A stretch of 64,000 bases of DNA from assembly GCA_965112155.1 (NCBI GenBank), contig OZ218114.1, one strand, 5' to 3'. Shown here one piece after another: positions 24,425-37,773 of the stretch. The DNA is from Podarcis liolepis. Lineage: Eukaryota. The translations under genes and the position numbers were made by a program. Numbering within the stretch: position 1 is the stretch's first letter; the number at the start of each line of letters is the position of its first letter. Below the pieces are notes generated by a model, which saw only the letters and a program-made list of their open reading frames with translations, searched no databases and had not been told where the DNA came from.

Positions 24425-24500
24425 AAGTATGTAGATTAGGGAACAGCAAATATATGGCTATTGGCTTAGTGACAGAAGAAAAATAACAGCTCTTTCTCAC

Positions 24501-24623
24501 CTTTGGTCTCACAGATCATCACATTGCTGTAGTCACTTTCACCTCCTTCATTGTAGCACTGCATTTTAATATCATAAGATGTTTCAGGTTGCAGGTGACT
24601 TATCAAGTGCCACTGCTTTGTGC
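24501..24623 (-). CDS. CDON: CDON exon 15, end of FNIII-3 ([41 protein letters not shown])
   Basis: ttctttctag| and |gtgaga; 123 nt. Confidence 0.97.
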
Positions 24624-27600
24624 CTAGAAAGAAAAACATATAGACATGTAGCATGTTTGTTTCACAATTTGGAAAATATAAACTGAGCTAAAAAAATGTA
24701 GGAACTGTCCTTACAATTTGAGGACAACAGGTAAAAAATAAATGACCCATTGCAATTAAGAGCAAAGATAGCAGGCCAAAATCAGTCTTACATACACAAA
24801 TATGCATATAAGAAGAATGTAATTTACTATTAATAAAATGTCTACAACCTTCCTGAACATGTTTGTCTCAAAGATGGAATGTAGCATCTATTTAACATAA
24901 AACCCTAAGGGCAAAGTCTGAATCAAACATGTAAATAAAACTGCAATAAGAAATATTTGGCAGAAAGTGGTTGTTTTAAACTTTGGAAGTTGGCCAATAC
25001 ACAGCAGTATGCATGGACAGCCATGGATCACAACATGATATGATCATAGAATGTCTTTCTTAAAGAGACTCATCTAGCCCCATTGTTGATGACCTTCCAC
25101 CATGCTATTAAGATCTGACTTAAAAAATAAATAAAAATAAAGAATGCAATAGGAGCCTGGTAGAAAGAGACACTGTACTTTTGACTGTAGGTCTTGCTGT
25201 TGATACAACCAATCACAATATGATACAAAGAGTAGCATGAATCACCTCCACCTTTGTTATAGCTTAAGCAAGACTAACACCATCTTGTTGCAGGCTGACA
25301 CCATAATCATGTATTCTCATTGTAATCATGCTGACATGCAAGCTTAAGAGAGGAACAGAGAAAAAGCAAACCATAAGAGGGTGTGTAAAGGGAAGTTTTA
25401 GGAGCATGCTAGGCCATGACATTTAAATGGAATAAACAGAAAAATGCCTAGCTAGCTGAAATGTGGAAGCATCTGTCTATGCAGTTAAGCTGGCGCTATC
25501 ACACGCAAGACTGTATTACTGGGAGTCTTGCATGTCTAACCTATATGTATAAAAACTGTGCAAACAGACATAAGGATTCAGCCTCTGATCACTTTTCTGA
25601 TCGCCTGCTGTTACCCTTCCTGCTCAAGTAAGAAATAAAATTTGCTTTTAGAGAATTATTGAGTGTCACTTGTTGTTTTGATAGTGAGTAAAGGACTCAG
25701 CTGTGCAACAGACCTTAGGTGGGGTTTTCCCACAGCACTTTCCACCATGCTCTTAAGACTTGACTTTTTAAAAATAAAGCATGTGATAGGAGCCTGGTAG
25801 AAAGGGAAACTGTACTTTTGTCCGTAGGTCTTCTGTTGATACAACAAATCATATGATAAAAGGAGTAACATTTTGCTAGCCACCTTAGGGTGCGTGTGTC
25901 TTTTTAAAGGCAGAAAAGTGAAGACATCACAAAAAGACTTGAAGCCACTCAATTCTATACTTAAGTCTAAGAACGTACTCCAGAGAACCTGAGGAAAGCG
26001 TAAGTAGTTTACTAACAGCATGACTAGCACAAGCTGCAGACAATTTTTATGTACTATGAAAATATATGAAGTAAGAAGGCCTTTGATATTCAGCATTGGA
26101 AATTCTAATCCAAACAAGTTCATTTAAGAGAATGATTTTACTGTGTCTGGCTGAAAGTCAATTTTTCGTTTAGACACCACCTGGTGTTTTCTCCGTACTC
26201 ATAAATCACTTTCAGTCTGTATGCTCACTCTTATGACAGGTTTTAATAAATAGGAACCCACTATATTATAATTAAGATGGTTTAGATACGCCTAATGCTT
26301 CTTAAATGTCGACATCGTGGTCTATTTCTGCTGGAACTACTTCCACCTAGAACACAGACAGATCTATAAGCTACAGCCTTCACAGGGAAGAATAGTATCA
26401 AGATGCTACTGTATTTCAACAGCACCCAAGTAGGGGTGCTATCTACACAATAACCTATTGCTCTTCTTAGAAAGGTGGAAGTAAAGCAGGATCGTTTCAG
26501 TTGGTGCTTCCCCTGATCTCCACATACAGTCCGACAAAGGTGAAAATGGGCCTTTATGTGCCCAGAAGCTTCGGCACCACCTGAAACACTGATCAATCAC
26601 GGATCTCAACTGCATGGAAGGCTCCAGACATGTACACACACAGATACCTAATTCCCACCTTTGTGTCAATGCATAGAGCTTGAGTCAGCCAGTGTAATTC
26701 TGCTTCCCCTCAAAATCACACTCCAGGTGTGAATCACATGCATATACAACTATTGTCCCTACTGAAAGACTGAACCGACAAGAGAACAGCACTGTTGTAC
26801 AATACAGCCTGCCAATATCTGAAAGTCTGTGCGTTTAACTGCTTTGTTGAAGAGCCTTAGAGGTGACTGTTTCAAACAAATCATAGTTCATTTATGTTTG
26901 CAGCTTATATCCTCAAAAATGAATACAGGCTGAAGCAGCAGACTAGCTTTTCCCCAGGAACTCAGTTTTCCAAATCTTTCTAAGCTCCATCTTCTCATTA
27001 CACCTCAAGCATCCTTTTAGTAATTACATCAAGCTTTAGATTTTCCCTTCAAACGTTTACTAGAACTGGAATCAGTACAGTTTTTTTTAACTCTGTTCCC
27101 ATATATTGAAGCAAGGAAAATATAAGCAACTGTTATCTGAATGCACTTTGAGTTTTTGACACTATCTCCATGAACCAAGTATGGAATGCAAAATTTCAGC
27201 ACAGGAGACAACAGAAGGTTTGGTGGTGCTTTTGTTGAACAAGCAGAAAGACAGAAAACTACTGACTACGTAATGAAGAACCAAATGCAAACATCAGGAA
27301 CTTTAAAAATAAAATCAAGCTAGCATGTGGCAACATATACAGAAAAGGCATCAAAGTTTTGAGACAATCTCAGCAAGACAAGACTGATCATGAAATGAAA
27401 CCTTGGGCTACTAATGGAGTCACAACCATTGCAAAAACTTTACTACTGTTTGGAACTGAAAATCCTTTGTCGAAATTTACTTATGAAAGGTACAAAAAAG
27501 AAAAAGAAAAATACAATGCAGCTGCAGTGATCCAAAAGGCATGCACAAGAGATTCCTCTCTCTCTATTTTCCTACATAACTGAGGCTAATTTGAATATTT

Positions 27601-28897
27601 AAATCAATAAGTAGTTGTGGCTATATAATGTAGTAAAGGAGAGTTTGATGTATAACATTTCTACCACTGTGCAAATTTCTGTTCAAGCTTTGGCACAGCA
27701 GAGCAGCTGCTAGTGGTTTCAGGCTTCCATTAAGATTTCAGAATGCATAAACCTGAAAATCAGGAACAAGCAAATTTCACAGCACAGCGGAGCTCACTTA
27801 AACATTTATAAACACAAATTCTGTGTACCAGAAAGGCTACAAGTGAAACACTGAACTTCTTCCAAGGTAATAGCTTAACCTCTCAGTTAACTACACTCAT
27901 TACATAGGTGTTTAGCAGCCCTGTAGCATTGTAGAGCAATATTAATAGAGTAATAGATTCAAGAATGGCAACTTGTGGCAGCCACAGCCATTCTATGCAA
28001 TTGTGAGAACAGGTTTAATCTTACATAAAATAATTTTTAAGAGCTCATAGATGCACTAACAGGTGTTATCAGGGGAATTCTGTAGTTGTCAGTGCTCAAC
28101 CAAATGCCTGTTCCTGCGTTAACGAATGTAATTGGTTTATATACTTTCCCACTGTACAGCTCATAAAATTAAGACTTACAAATGGACCAAAATCCATCCA
28201 AATAAAATCAGCTGCTTATATATTGAGACTAAATCTGAGAAGCCAGTTCTTTTCCAGCTTCAAGCACGTTAAGAGATTTAACACTTGAATTAAATAAAAG
28301 AACAATTGAAGTATAGAAAATTTTGCAGCTTATCTCAAATTTGTAACCTAAAAGTTAACAACATGGCATCTTTATAGTAATGGGACACTGAATTCAAAAA
28401 CTGAAGGATCTTTCATTCACATGAACAATTTCCACACAATCCTGTTAGACCATAATGAGATTTATGGATCAAGTGCAAAATTTATTATGAGAACTAATAC
28501 CCCACAAATATAGTCCCCACTGCAATTTCTGTGACAAGGGTTCAATATCTGGCAGATAGTGACACAGGGAGGAAGAGATATTTGTTACAAACAACTATTA
28601 ACCATTAGTTTGGTGTGGCTGCAACAGAAGCAAATGCAATTCTGGAGTGTACTAGTGAAAGTTCCTCTAGCAGAGAAGCTACTGACCACCTGGTGCAAGA
28701 CACTGAATGAAAATATGTTTATTCTAGTGCCTCAACTCTAGTTCACAGGAATTAGAAAGGGTTCTCACCCCCCCCCCGCATTACACTTTGGCTTTCTTAA
28801 ATGTTACAAAGAGCACAGTCCCTTAGTCTATAGTAGAGAGTTGTCTATTTCTGTGATGTCCTTTTTGTGATGTCTTTGTTATGTTTTCTTTACATTA

Positions 28898-29092
<195 letters not shown>

Positions 29093-29169
29093 CTAGAAAA
29101 GAAATATTAAAACAACTGAAATTCCAGAACTACAGTCAACAAGGGGTATATTTTCCTGGGGCAGGGGCT

Positions 29170-30430
29170 GAAAGACAATGTTAATGTAATGTGGGAAAAG
29201 ACAACGGAAGAAAAGTTGGCTTTAAAACAGTGAGAAGTATTTTGTGAATACAGTTCTAGAATTTTAGCTAAAGCTATATTCTCATTATTGTTTAAAGGTT
29301 TAAAATCTGGAACCATTCCATTCTGGGTTCAGACCAAATTAGCTTTGGTCACCTTGAGGGATGACCTTTATCAGGAGAAGGGCAGGAGTAATGTGACCCT
29401 GTTGCCTTTACACAACCCTTTGATATTATCAGCTATATGGTATCCCCCTAAATTGACTCCATGGCTTAGGTGTGGGATGCACTGTTTTGTTCTACCTGTG
29501 GAGTCAAATTCAGTGAGTGGCACTGGGTAACTGTTCCTCAGGCCCCAAACAGTTGCATCTGGTATTTACCATCTATGCATGAAGCTGCTGGGAGAAGTCT
29601 TTAGGCTATCTGGCACCCTGCGTCCTCAGTATGATGGTGATACTGTGCTCCAGTTCTCTGTAATATCTGAATCAGGTGTAACTGTTTAGGTCCCGGATCA
29701 GTGCCTGGATGCAGTAGTGGGCTGGATGAGGATTAATAAACTAAAGCTGAGGGCCTATGGGTAAGTGGCTCCTAGTTCTGGGAAACAAGAGTTGCATGTT
29801 CAAGATGGGGCTGCATTTGTCTGAAGGAATAGGTATCTAGCCTGGGGTATACCTGGATCTATCACTGTCACTGGTGACTCAAGTAGGTTCCATGGCTATG
29901 AATGCCTTTTTATAGCTCTGGCTGGTATGTCAGCTATGACTGTTCTTAGAAAGGCACAGCCTAAGCCAGTGGCCCATGCCTTGGAAATTCTGAGATTGCA
30001 GGAATATAATGTATTCAATGTGGGGCTGCTCTGAAGACTGTTTCAAAAGTTGCAGCGGGTGTACAATGTGGTAACTTGGTTGCTCAGTGGAGAACCATAC
30101 TGTGGGCATGTAACATCCCACTTGAAGAAACTGCACCGGCTTTCAATTTGCTATTAAACAAAGTTTAAGGGTCTACTGCAATTTATAAAACCTTAAACAA
30201 CTTGGAACCGGGTTACACAAAGGAATGCTTCCTCCCATAGACCTGTCCATGCAATGAGATCAGAAGATGAGCCCTCTTATGCATCCTTCTAGCCTCCAGA
30301 CCACCAGGAAAAGGGCTGTTGTGACGGTAGCACCTACTATGTGGAACAGCCTCCCTACAGAGTTACAGTAGGCACTATCTATATTATGTTTTCATGCAAG
30401 TTTTTAAGAGTACATGTTCACCAAGGCATT
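29170..30430 (+). mobile_element. Degenerate L2 LINE, RT-containing 3' part
   Basis: TKLALVTLRDDLYQEKGRSNVTLL resembles L2 RT TETALVALxDDL...DRGxxTLL; an APxxWNSLP-like end lies near 30330-30360; many stops and frameshifts. Confidence 0.75.
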
Positions 30431-30648
30431 TTCCTGAGTGCAATACTGGTTGCTAATACTGACTGCACATACTCAGCATTTATACTGTGCATTTCAAGTG
30501 CTCACTGCTATTCATATACAGCTGTTGGTTCCCAAAAGGTCAGTTTAGTATAATCCACTGATTTGTTGCTGTACAGAACAGACATTTGATCTAACGTGAG
30601 ATGCAAGCAAAATCAATTTTTTCATGGTGCACATAAATTGATACTTAC

Positions 30649-30830
30649 AGTCCACTTTAACATGATCTGAGTGTCGCTGACTGCCTCAGTGTAAGCAATG
30701 TGAGGTCCTGTGACGGGTCGGTTGGAAAACCGATTGGTAAATCCAGCTACCTGATAAGGCCGAGAGGCAGAACTTCGTGGGCTCTCCCCGTAGTTATTAA
30801 TAGCAATCACACGAAACTTATATGCAGCTC
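30649..30830 (-). CDS. CDON: CDON exon 13, end of FNIII-2 and start of FNIII-3 ([12 protein letters not shown]...IMLKWT)
   Basis: AAG acceptor (catatgaaag|) and |gtaagt; 182 nt. Confidence 0.96.
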
Positions 30831-31213
30831 CTTTCATATGGAAAAAAGAGAGAACTGAACATTAGATGAAAAGATAAAACCCAGCATTCTAGAAACATAG
30901 AACAGAAAGATCCAAATGGCCCTTGTTGTAAGATTATCTTATACTATTTTTCTCACTTACTATGCTGGACATCCCTTCCTGATAGAAAGATCCAATCTAG
31001 CCAAATACTGGATGAGATGTTATTTTCCACCAGAAAAGATATGGCAAGATGTGAGCACATGCCTGCTCTCTATACCAAGTTAGGAAAGTAAAAGCTGGTG
31101 GCATTAAAAGCAGCATCTTATAGTTTAACAGGATTTTAACTTGCTACAGCGCAAATGCAGAAACGTATAATACTGATTGTGATCTTTCTTGAACAAAAAA
31201 TGTATATTAATAC

Positions 31214-31420
31214 CTGGATCCAAACTGCCAACTTCCACTGAAAGTTTGGAAGGGGAGATGTTATCAGCTGCAACCAGCCACTCACTGTTCCTGTTCATGC
31301 GTTTATATTCTACTTTAAAGGCAGTGATGGGTGATCCACCATTGGCACGTGGTATCCAAGTGACATAAACAGAAGTCTCTGATGCCGTGGAAATAGTAGG
31401 TCGATCTGGTGCCTCAGGTA
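31214..31420 (-). CDS. CDON: CDON exon 12, FNIII-2 ([11 protein letters not shown]...VGSLDP)
   Basis: tatttcag| and |gtatta; 207 nt. Confidence 0.97.
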
Positions 31421-33343
31421 CTGAAATAGGAAATTGAGGCGGCTTCATAAAGATTTAGAATAGTTAGAAGCACTTGATTTCTATACCCAGATTTTATTTA
31501 ATAATGTGTTTCAGTCAAGTGAGAAAGAACATACTCAAATGTGCATTAGTCTTAAGCCCAGAAAATCCTTTCTGAAATGCAAACATGGAAGATCATTTCA
31601 GTTTTCAAATATGGAGATAATTAAAGCTTCTTAGGAAAAAAAATTAGCTAATTTGGCAATGTAGTCTATTGTATATAGCTTACATTATGCAAGAACACTG
31701 TATAATGTCAGCACACACCAGTCCTAAAGTATTAGCACATCATCAGAAACCAAGAGAATTGCATAGCTTAATTCACAACCACAGAAATAGACAGGGTGAT
31801 CCGCTGTGTCACTACTACTTGGTACCAAAGTGAAATGAACGTATTGCACAGAAACCTAACCATTTGCAGTACAGAAAGCCTACAATCTAAACTGAAATTC
31901 CTAGATACAGTAACTATAAGAATAAAACTTTCATAAGTATCAAGAAGCTTTAAGACCTCTTAAAAACAAGTTAGCTAGCATTCAAAACCATGCAGATTAT
32001 ATTAATACTTACTGAACTCACTTGAAGTTAGACAGCAGTGGGAACAGAAAGAATGAAGAGAGGTGGTGTTAGTAAGTGTGATTATAACCATTCTGGCAGA
32101 AATATCCTTCAGTCTTTATTTTATTGGTTCATACATTTAAACTACATAGAGTATAGAATAGAGAAATGGGATATAATTTGGAAGAGGAAGATACATAGTT
32201 TAACCATGAAAAGGTTATATATCCTTAAGGCTATTTTCCAGCTTGTCATCTTCTACCACATAGGACAGACAACACATGCAAGCGCCGACACTTGACTATG
32301 TTGTTTCACATCAATTTAACTATGAAATGTTAAAATATTCTGTAAAATTTAGCAACTTGACAAAAGTGGTGGAACATTCATTGGACTCATTTTTTAGTAA
32401 ATGAGTAGGACATCTCTCACTAATTATAAATTCCATTAATCCTACCATCTCAACATGCAACCTAAAGACCAACACAAATAAAACATTTTGATTATACACT
32501 GGAACCCTCTTCATTACACAACAAATCATATAGGAAATCAGGAGGGTAAATAAATCATGTAATGAGTGAAGAGTCCTACTTTCTAGAAGGTTTGGATGCA
32601 CCAGAGAGTTCCCCCTGGGAATCAAGTTCCTGAATCCCCACACCTCAGCTGATGCACAGAGAGTTCATTCTTGGACAAACTCTGATGAATCGGGGGGACC
32701 ACTGTCAATCATCTGATGACATTATGTGTATACTCTGTCAAAGTTGGTCCACAAGGTGGGGGTTGACTAATTGGCAGATTAAATATTGCTTTCCAGCTGC
32801 AGGATTCAGTCACATCTCTATCTGCCTAGCACCTCACATCACATATGATGTCAGGTTTGGGGCAAGTGGATGTGGTTTGGCGAAGCTCCACAGACCAGAG
32901 GTTCTCTACCCCAATCTAGCCCACTGCAATCTACTCTGACTGGAAGCACTCTCCCAAAAGCAGAGGTCTTACCCAGCACTGCTACCCAAGATCTTTAACT
33001 GGATGTAGAAGCTGCCTTATACCACATCAGACTATTGAACATCTAGTCCAGTACTGCCCATACTGAGCAGTGACAATTTTCCAGGTTCTCAGTCTTTCAT
33101 AATCTGCTACCAGATTTTTGTTTTAACTGAAGATGCCAGGGATTGAATTTGGATCCTCTTCATGCAAAGCATGCATTCTGCAATGAGCAATGGGGCCTTC
33201 CCAATTCCACAACAGTTTAGCGCTCAGTCGGTGTTCTTTTAAGTTGCTATACTGTCATTCAACCAGAAGAGTCACAAATTGAACACTTACACATAAATGA
33301 CCTGAAAATCAGATGAACAGCCAGAGAACATTCAGGAGGGTTT

Positions 33344-33379
<36 letters not shown>
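33344..33379. repeat. (CA)n microsatellite near the exon 11 donor
   Basis: Seen directly. Confidence 0.95.
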
Positions 33380-33381
<2 letters not shown>

Positions 33382-33443
33382 CAAACCGTAATGTATGCTG
33401 CAGTATAAAATGCACAGACAAAAATCTGAATGGTAACACCTAC

Positions 33444-33575
33444 CTCCACTATGTCGAGATGAATCTGGAAGGACCACTCCAAAATTGTTGGTTGCCCCTT
33501 CTTGAATGACAGAGTGCTTAGGAATACCAACTGGTTGAGAGGGAGCCTGTGTATTTTTTGAGGAGGAGGTTCTTT
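33444..33575 (-). CDS. CDON: CDON exon 11, FN1-FN2 linker ([44 protein letters not shown])
   Basis: ctcttttag| and |gtaggt; 132 nt; translated by hand. Confidence 0.95.
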
Positions 33576-33666
33576 CTAAAAGAGAATTATGTGCTCAGTG
33601 AGTGGAAGAAACCCTTGCTAAGTCAGTCAATATCCTCTCCTATGGCATGTTTTGAACCAAGTAGTA

Positions 33667-33943
33667 AAGAAGGAGAAGAAGAAGAAGAAGAAGAAGAGGA
33701 GGAGGAGTTTGGATTTGATATCCTGCCTTTCACTCCCTTTAAGGAGTCTCAAAGCAGCTAACATTCTCCTTTCCCTTCCTCCCCCACAACAAACACTCTG
33801 TGAGGTGAGTGGGGCTGAGAGACTTCAGAGAAGTGTGACTGGCCCAAGGTCACCCAGCAGCTGCATGTGGAGGAGCGGAGACGCGAACCCGGTTCCCCAG
33901 ATTACGAGGCTCCCGCTCTTAACCACCACACCACACTGGCTCT
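33667..33943 (-). mobile_element. Squam3-like tRNA-derived SINE with a (CTC)n(CTT)n tail
   Basis: Head gccagtgtggtgtggtggttaagagc...ccgggttcgcgtctcc with A/B boxes; near-identical to the copy at about 2000. Confidence 0.85.
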
Positions 33944-34639
33944 GGTTTATAATCACACACATCCCACACAATTTTTATGCCATTTGAGAACAGCTTTCTG
34001 CCCCATGGAGATAGGCAGCAATACTATTGAACCTAAATATTTACACTACAGAAATCCCACTAAAACTGAATATGCCATGCTATTGAAGGTACATCAGTTT
34101 AGCCTTTGCTATAGGACAGCCCGAATCTGCAAGTCTGTTTCAATGGAACTTTGGGAAGTTCCCAAGGAAAGCGTATTCTCATTGTGAAGAGATCCTAAAG
34201 TGCCCTTCTATGTATGAAAGAGCACAGCCTCCCAATAATGCAAGAAAGGTGATTTTGCCAATCTGCCTTCATTCCTGCAGCCAGCCAGCCACACAACTTT
34301 CAATACTATTCCCAAGGGACCCCCACTCTACCAGAGTGAATTTTCCTAGGGGCTAAAGAGGAGAGGAGAAATTTGCAAAAATCACCTTCCTCCCCTTATA
34401 TCAGCAAGTGCAGACATTGTTCTGTGAATAGAAGATCACTCACAGAATCTCAGGGTTCTACTCAGACTGCAGATCTATGTTCAGTTCCTGAATCCTGGTT
34501 CAGAGCAAGTACTGGACATGGAGTTCCAATGAGACTGCAGCCACTATCTTTGGTTTTTTTATGGGTATTATAGGTCTCCACAAATGGGAACTTTAGAAAA
34601 AAGCCCATCAACTGCAATGTATTTTAACTACTTACTTAC

Positions 34640-34811
34640 CTTTGCTAGTACGGAAAGTAAGCATGGAGGGCTGGCCTTCACCAGCTACATTTCTGGCTAC
34701 CATCAAGACTTCATAGAGACTGGAAGGTTCCAGTTCCGAGAGAGAAAGTTCATTTTCGCTTCCAGGGACACGAACTGTATTCCAGTTGGTAACATTGAGA
34801 TTATCATCCAA
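34640..34811 (-). CDS. CDON: CDON exon 10, FNIII-1 C-terminal half (LDDNLN...TFRTSK)
   Basis: tttttgcag| and |gtaagt; 172 nt; [14 protein letters not shown]. Confidence 0.97.
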
Positions 34812-35363
34812 CTGCAAAAAGGAATCACAAGAGGCTAAGAGCAAATAAACCCCTATCTGAATCTGCTGCAGTTAAATACAGGAAAGGCAAGTCTAAATAT
34901 AAGCTAATACCTTAGTTATTTCATTATAAGAAAGTGAAAACAAGTAACTGATGTGAAAGAGTTTTCGTAATGACTTTTCCTGCAAAGCTTAGAGCAAGCT
35001 TTAGGAGCAGAGACATTGGGTCATGGAGTTCCCTAATCTTGCTAGGGTTTCTGGTTTTCTCCCTAAGCTTCTGGGCAGTATTTAAATTGGGAGGTTAAAT
35101 GGGAAACTCCCAAGGCTCTATTTCATGTTGCCAGTAGCAAAAGAACCTGAAACCTCTGCATTCCCAAATAGCTACCTACTTATCCAGATGGATGTATCTC
35201 TCTTTGGCCTAATATTATCATCAAATACCAGAGTTCTGTACCGTGTGTGTGTGTTTAACATAAGCCCTGTTTGTTACTAAAAATAATGGCAGTCCAACTC
35301 ATCCAATTTTCAAAAAAAAGGAAGTGCAAAGTTTATAAAATATAATGCAATTTGAATAAGTAC

Positions 35364-35656
35364 CTTGCGGTATTTCACAAAATAGGCATTAATTGGCTGA
35401 CCACCATCTTTTCCAGGGCGCCATACCAGATTGTACTGATCTGGTTTAAGAGTCTGTGGAGGACTGAGAATGATTGGAGCTTCTGGTGGAGAAATGCCAC
35501 TGGATGTTTTTTCTGTAGCGACTTCTTCAGTAAGAATCTCTGTTGGAGATGAACTTTGAAGGCCCGTATCGGAATCATAATCTCCATCTCCTTCATCACT
35601 CTGGGCAATTTCCACAGGAGCAATTTCTTCTGCTTTTGTACTAGCTTCGTAGGAAT
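35364..35656 (-). CDS. CDON: CDON exon 9, Ig5-FN1 linker and FNIII-1 N-terminal half (DSYEAST...AYFVKYRK)
   Basis: ccttctgtag| and |gtactt; 293 nt; APIILSPPQT. Confidence 0.96.
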
Positions 35657-36466
35657 CTACAGAAGGAAGTTGAAGGTTAGAGATATGCAGTGCTAGAAAA
35701 AGAGGCACCAGAACTCTCCATGAACGCTTCCCTTAATCTCTTATAAGGGCAATGGTGTCTACCTGAGAGATGCTAGAACTGAGTTCTGGCAAGTTCCAGC
35801 TGAAAAAAAGCCCTGGAGATAAGCATGGATTCCAATGTTATTGGTTTACAACTACCATCAGCCCCAGCCAATAGCCAATGGCTAGGTATGATGGAAGTTG
35901 TAATCCAACAGCACCTGAAGGGCATCATTTTGGATACCCCTACCCTACAGAACACAAAATATTGCTTTGCTTTTTGATCTTTACCAACAAATATGAAAGA
36001 CACATTCTTGTGGCACAGTGAGCCAGACTGCACATCAGACAAAAGCATAATTAAATATAAAATTAAAATAAAACTCTGATTTAACGTGAACAAGCACTGT
36101 GCACTGGCACACAAGTTAGTCATACCTTACTTTGCTCCTTCCCTGCTCCTGTGTTTTCCAAGCCAGGAAGAAATAAACCATAGCCCTGGCTTAGGATTAT
36201 GTGTGAACTAATAGTCATCGTTTATTTCCACCAAACCAACCACAACTGTTAAGTCAAGAACCCTGGTTCCTGTTCATGGGTTTGCTTGGCCAGAAACAAA
36301 GCATGATAAGTTGCAGAATATGTATGAACAGCAACAGGCAGATGCTCCTGACCAGCCATTAGTCGTATGATTTGTCCAAATCCAATTAAAAAAAAAAAGT
36401 TACCCTGACAGTACTTCAGCCAAAATATCTGCACGCTATTGGAGCAGCAACTTGGATGCCACTTAC

Positions 36467-36823
36467 CAACGGTAAGGAAAGCTTCGGAACGAGCAGTCCC
36501 ATATTCATTCATTGCTTCACAGGTATATTTCCCAGCATGCTCTGATGTAACAGGCTGAACATATAAGGAGCTTGATCCACTGCGAGACATGATGAAGTAG
36601 GTTCTGTCTGAAATGGAGTTGCCAGTTCTTGCTTGGGAGGATGACTTCCGTGATTTTGAATAAAGCACCTGTGAAGGATGGCTGGTAATCAGCCCGTGAC
36701 TGTTGTACCAACGGATTACAGGCGGAGGCAACCCAGTGGCATTGCAGGACAGCGTGACTGTGTCACCTTCTGCTACTCTGCTGTTTGCTGGCAGCGAGGT
36801 TATAGTTGGCTTGAAGCCTCTGT
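36467..36823 (-). CDS. CDON: CDON exon 8, Ig5 (DRGFKPTIT...EAFLTV)
   Basis: ttttaatag| and |gtaagt; 357 nt; CDON-typical [12 protein letters not shown] loop and HAGKYTC. Confidence 0.97.
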
Positions 36824-37503
36824 CTATTAAAAATATAAATATAAGATACAAACTCATATTATAATAAAATACAGTACTGTTCTTGCATATCCCGAAGCCA
36901 GCAGAGTCATAAAGGGGGACAGCCTTTATGTGCATATATGGACATGTATGCACATAAAGGCTAAGTAGACTGCTTTGGGCCACAAACACATTAGAACCCA
37001 CTCATGCAGGTGCTGTGATTGTTAACTACTCTAGTAAAAGAACATTTAATATTCTGAAGAGAAAGAAACTGAAAGCTTTCAAATATGCTCCCTAAAGTGA
37101 CACATCAGCAAGAAGTATTATCAGAATTCTATTATTTGAGATTCTGCATATATAAGTTTACAGCTGGAATTTAGTTTCAATTGGCAACATCATCAAAACC
37201 ATTGGCAACACTCTCAACACCATCAAAACTAAGAGGCAAATAAATTTAGTCTGTCACAGTCTTATAGCTCATACACTAGGTGGCCTATCAAAAATTGGCT
37301 AGTATTTGGTCAGTGGACTACAGCCTACTTTGTAACACAAGAAATGAGGTCTACCATTTTAAAGCATAACTTTTTGATCAGAACAATTTAGGAGAATAAT
37401 CCCAGGAAGCAACGGGCTTTTTTCATGTTAGACTGAAAGATGTCGAAAAGTAAAGCAGAAGTTTATAAACAAAAAGGTGCTTGATGTGATTTATTTTTTT
37501 TAC

Positions 37504-37773
37504 CTCCTTGGGAATGAAGTCTCCCAGTAGACTGCACAAATCCAATGCCATTGTTGACTAAACACTGATACAACCCTGAATCTTCTCTGGCGAAACCATT
37601 AATTCTCAGCTTGTTTCCTGAAGGTAAGTGCCGTGAAGAAAGATGGACAGGAGCTGCATTATGGTACCAGGTGAGGTTAGGTGTCGGGTTTCCATGTATT
37701 TCACAGGAAAGATGTATATTTTTACCCAGGGACACTAACTGATCTTGCAATCCTTTTGAAATTGATGGCGATT
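37504..37773 (-). CDS. CDON: CDON exon 7, Ig4 ([12 protein letters not shown]...GRLHSQG)
   Basis: cattctag| and |gtaaaa; 270 nt; DSGLYQC. Confidence 0.97.

Noticed and set aside
25656-26123. 155-aa minus-strand ORF in intron 14
   Set aside because: No domain-like content and AT-rich composition. It overlaps one copy of the duplicated module, but the other copy does not keep the frame.
34630-34640. Overlapping donor GTAAGTAAGT after exon 10 (similar after exon 17)
   Set aside because: +4 overlapping GT sites are a common by-product of the donor consensus, and their use would only shift the frame.
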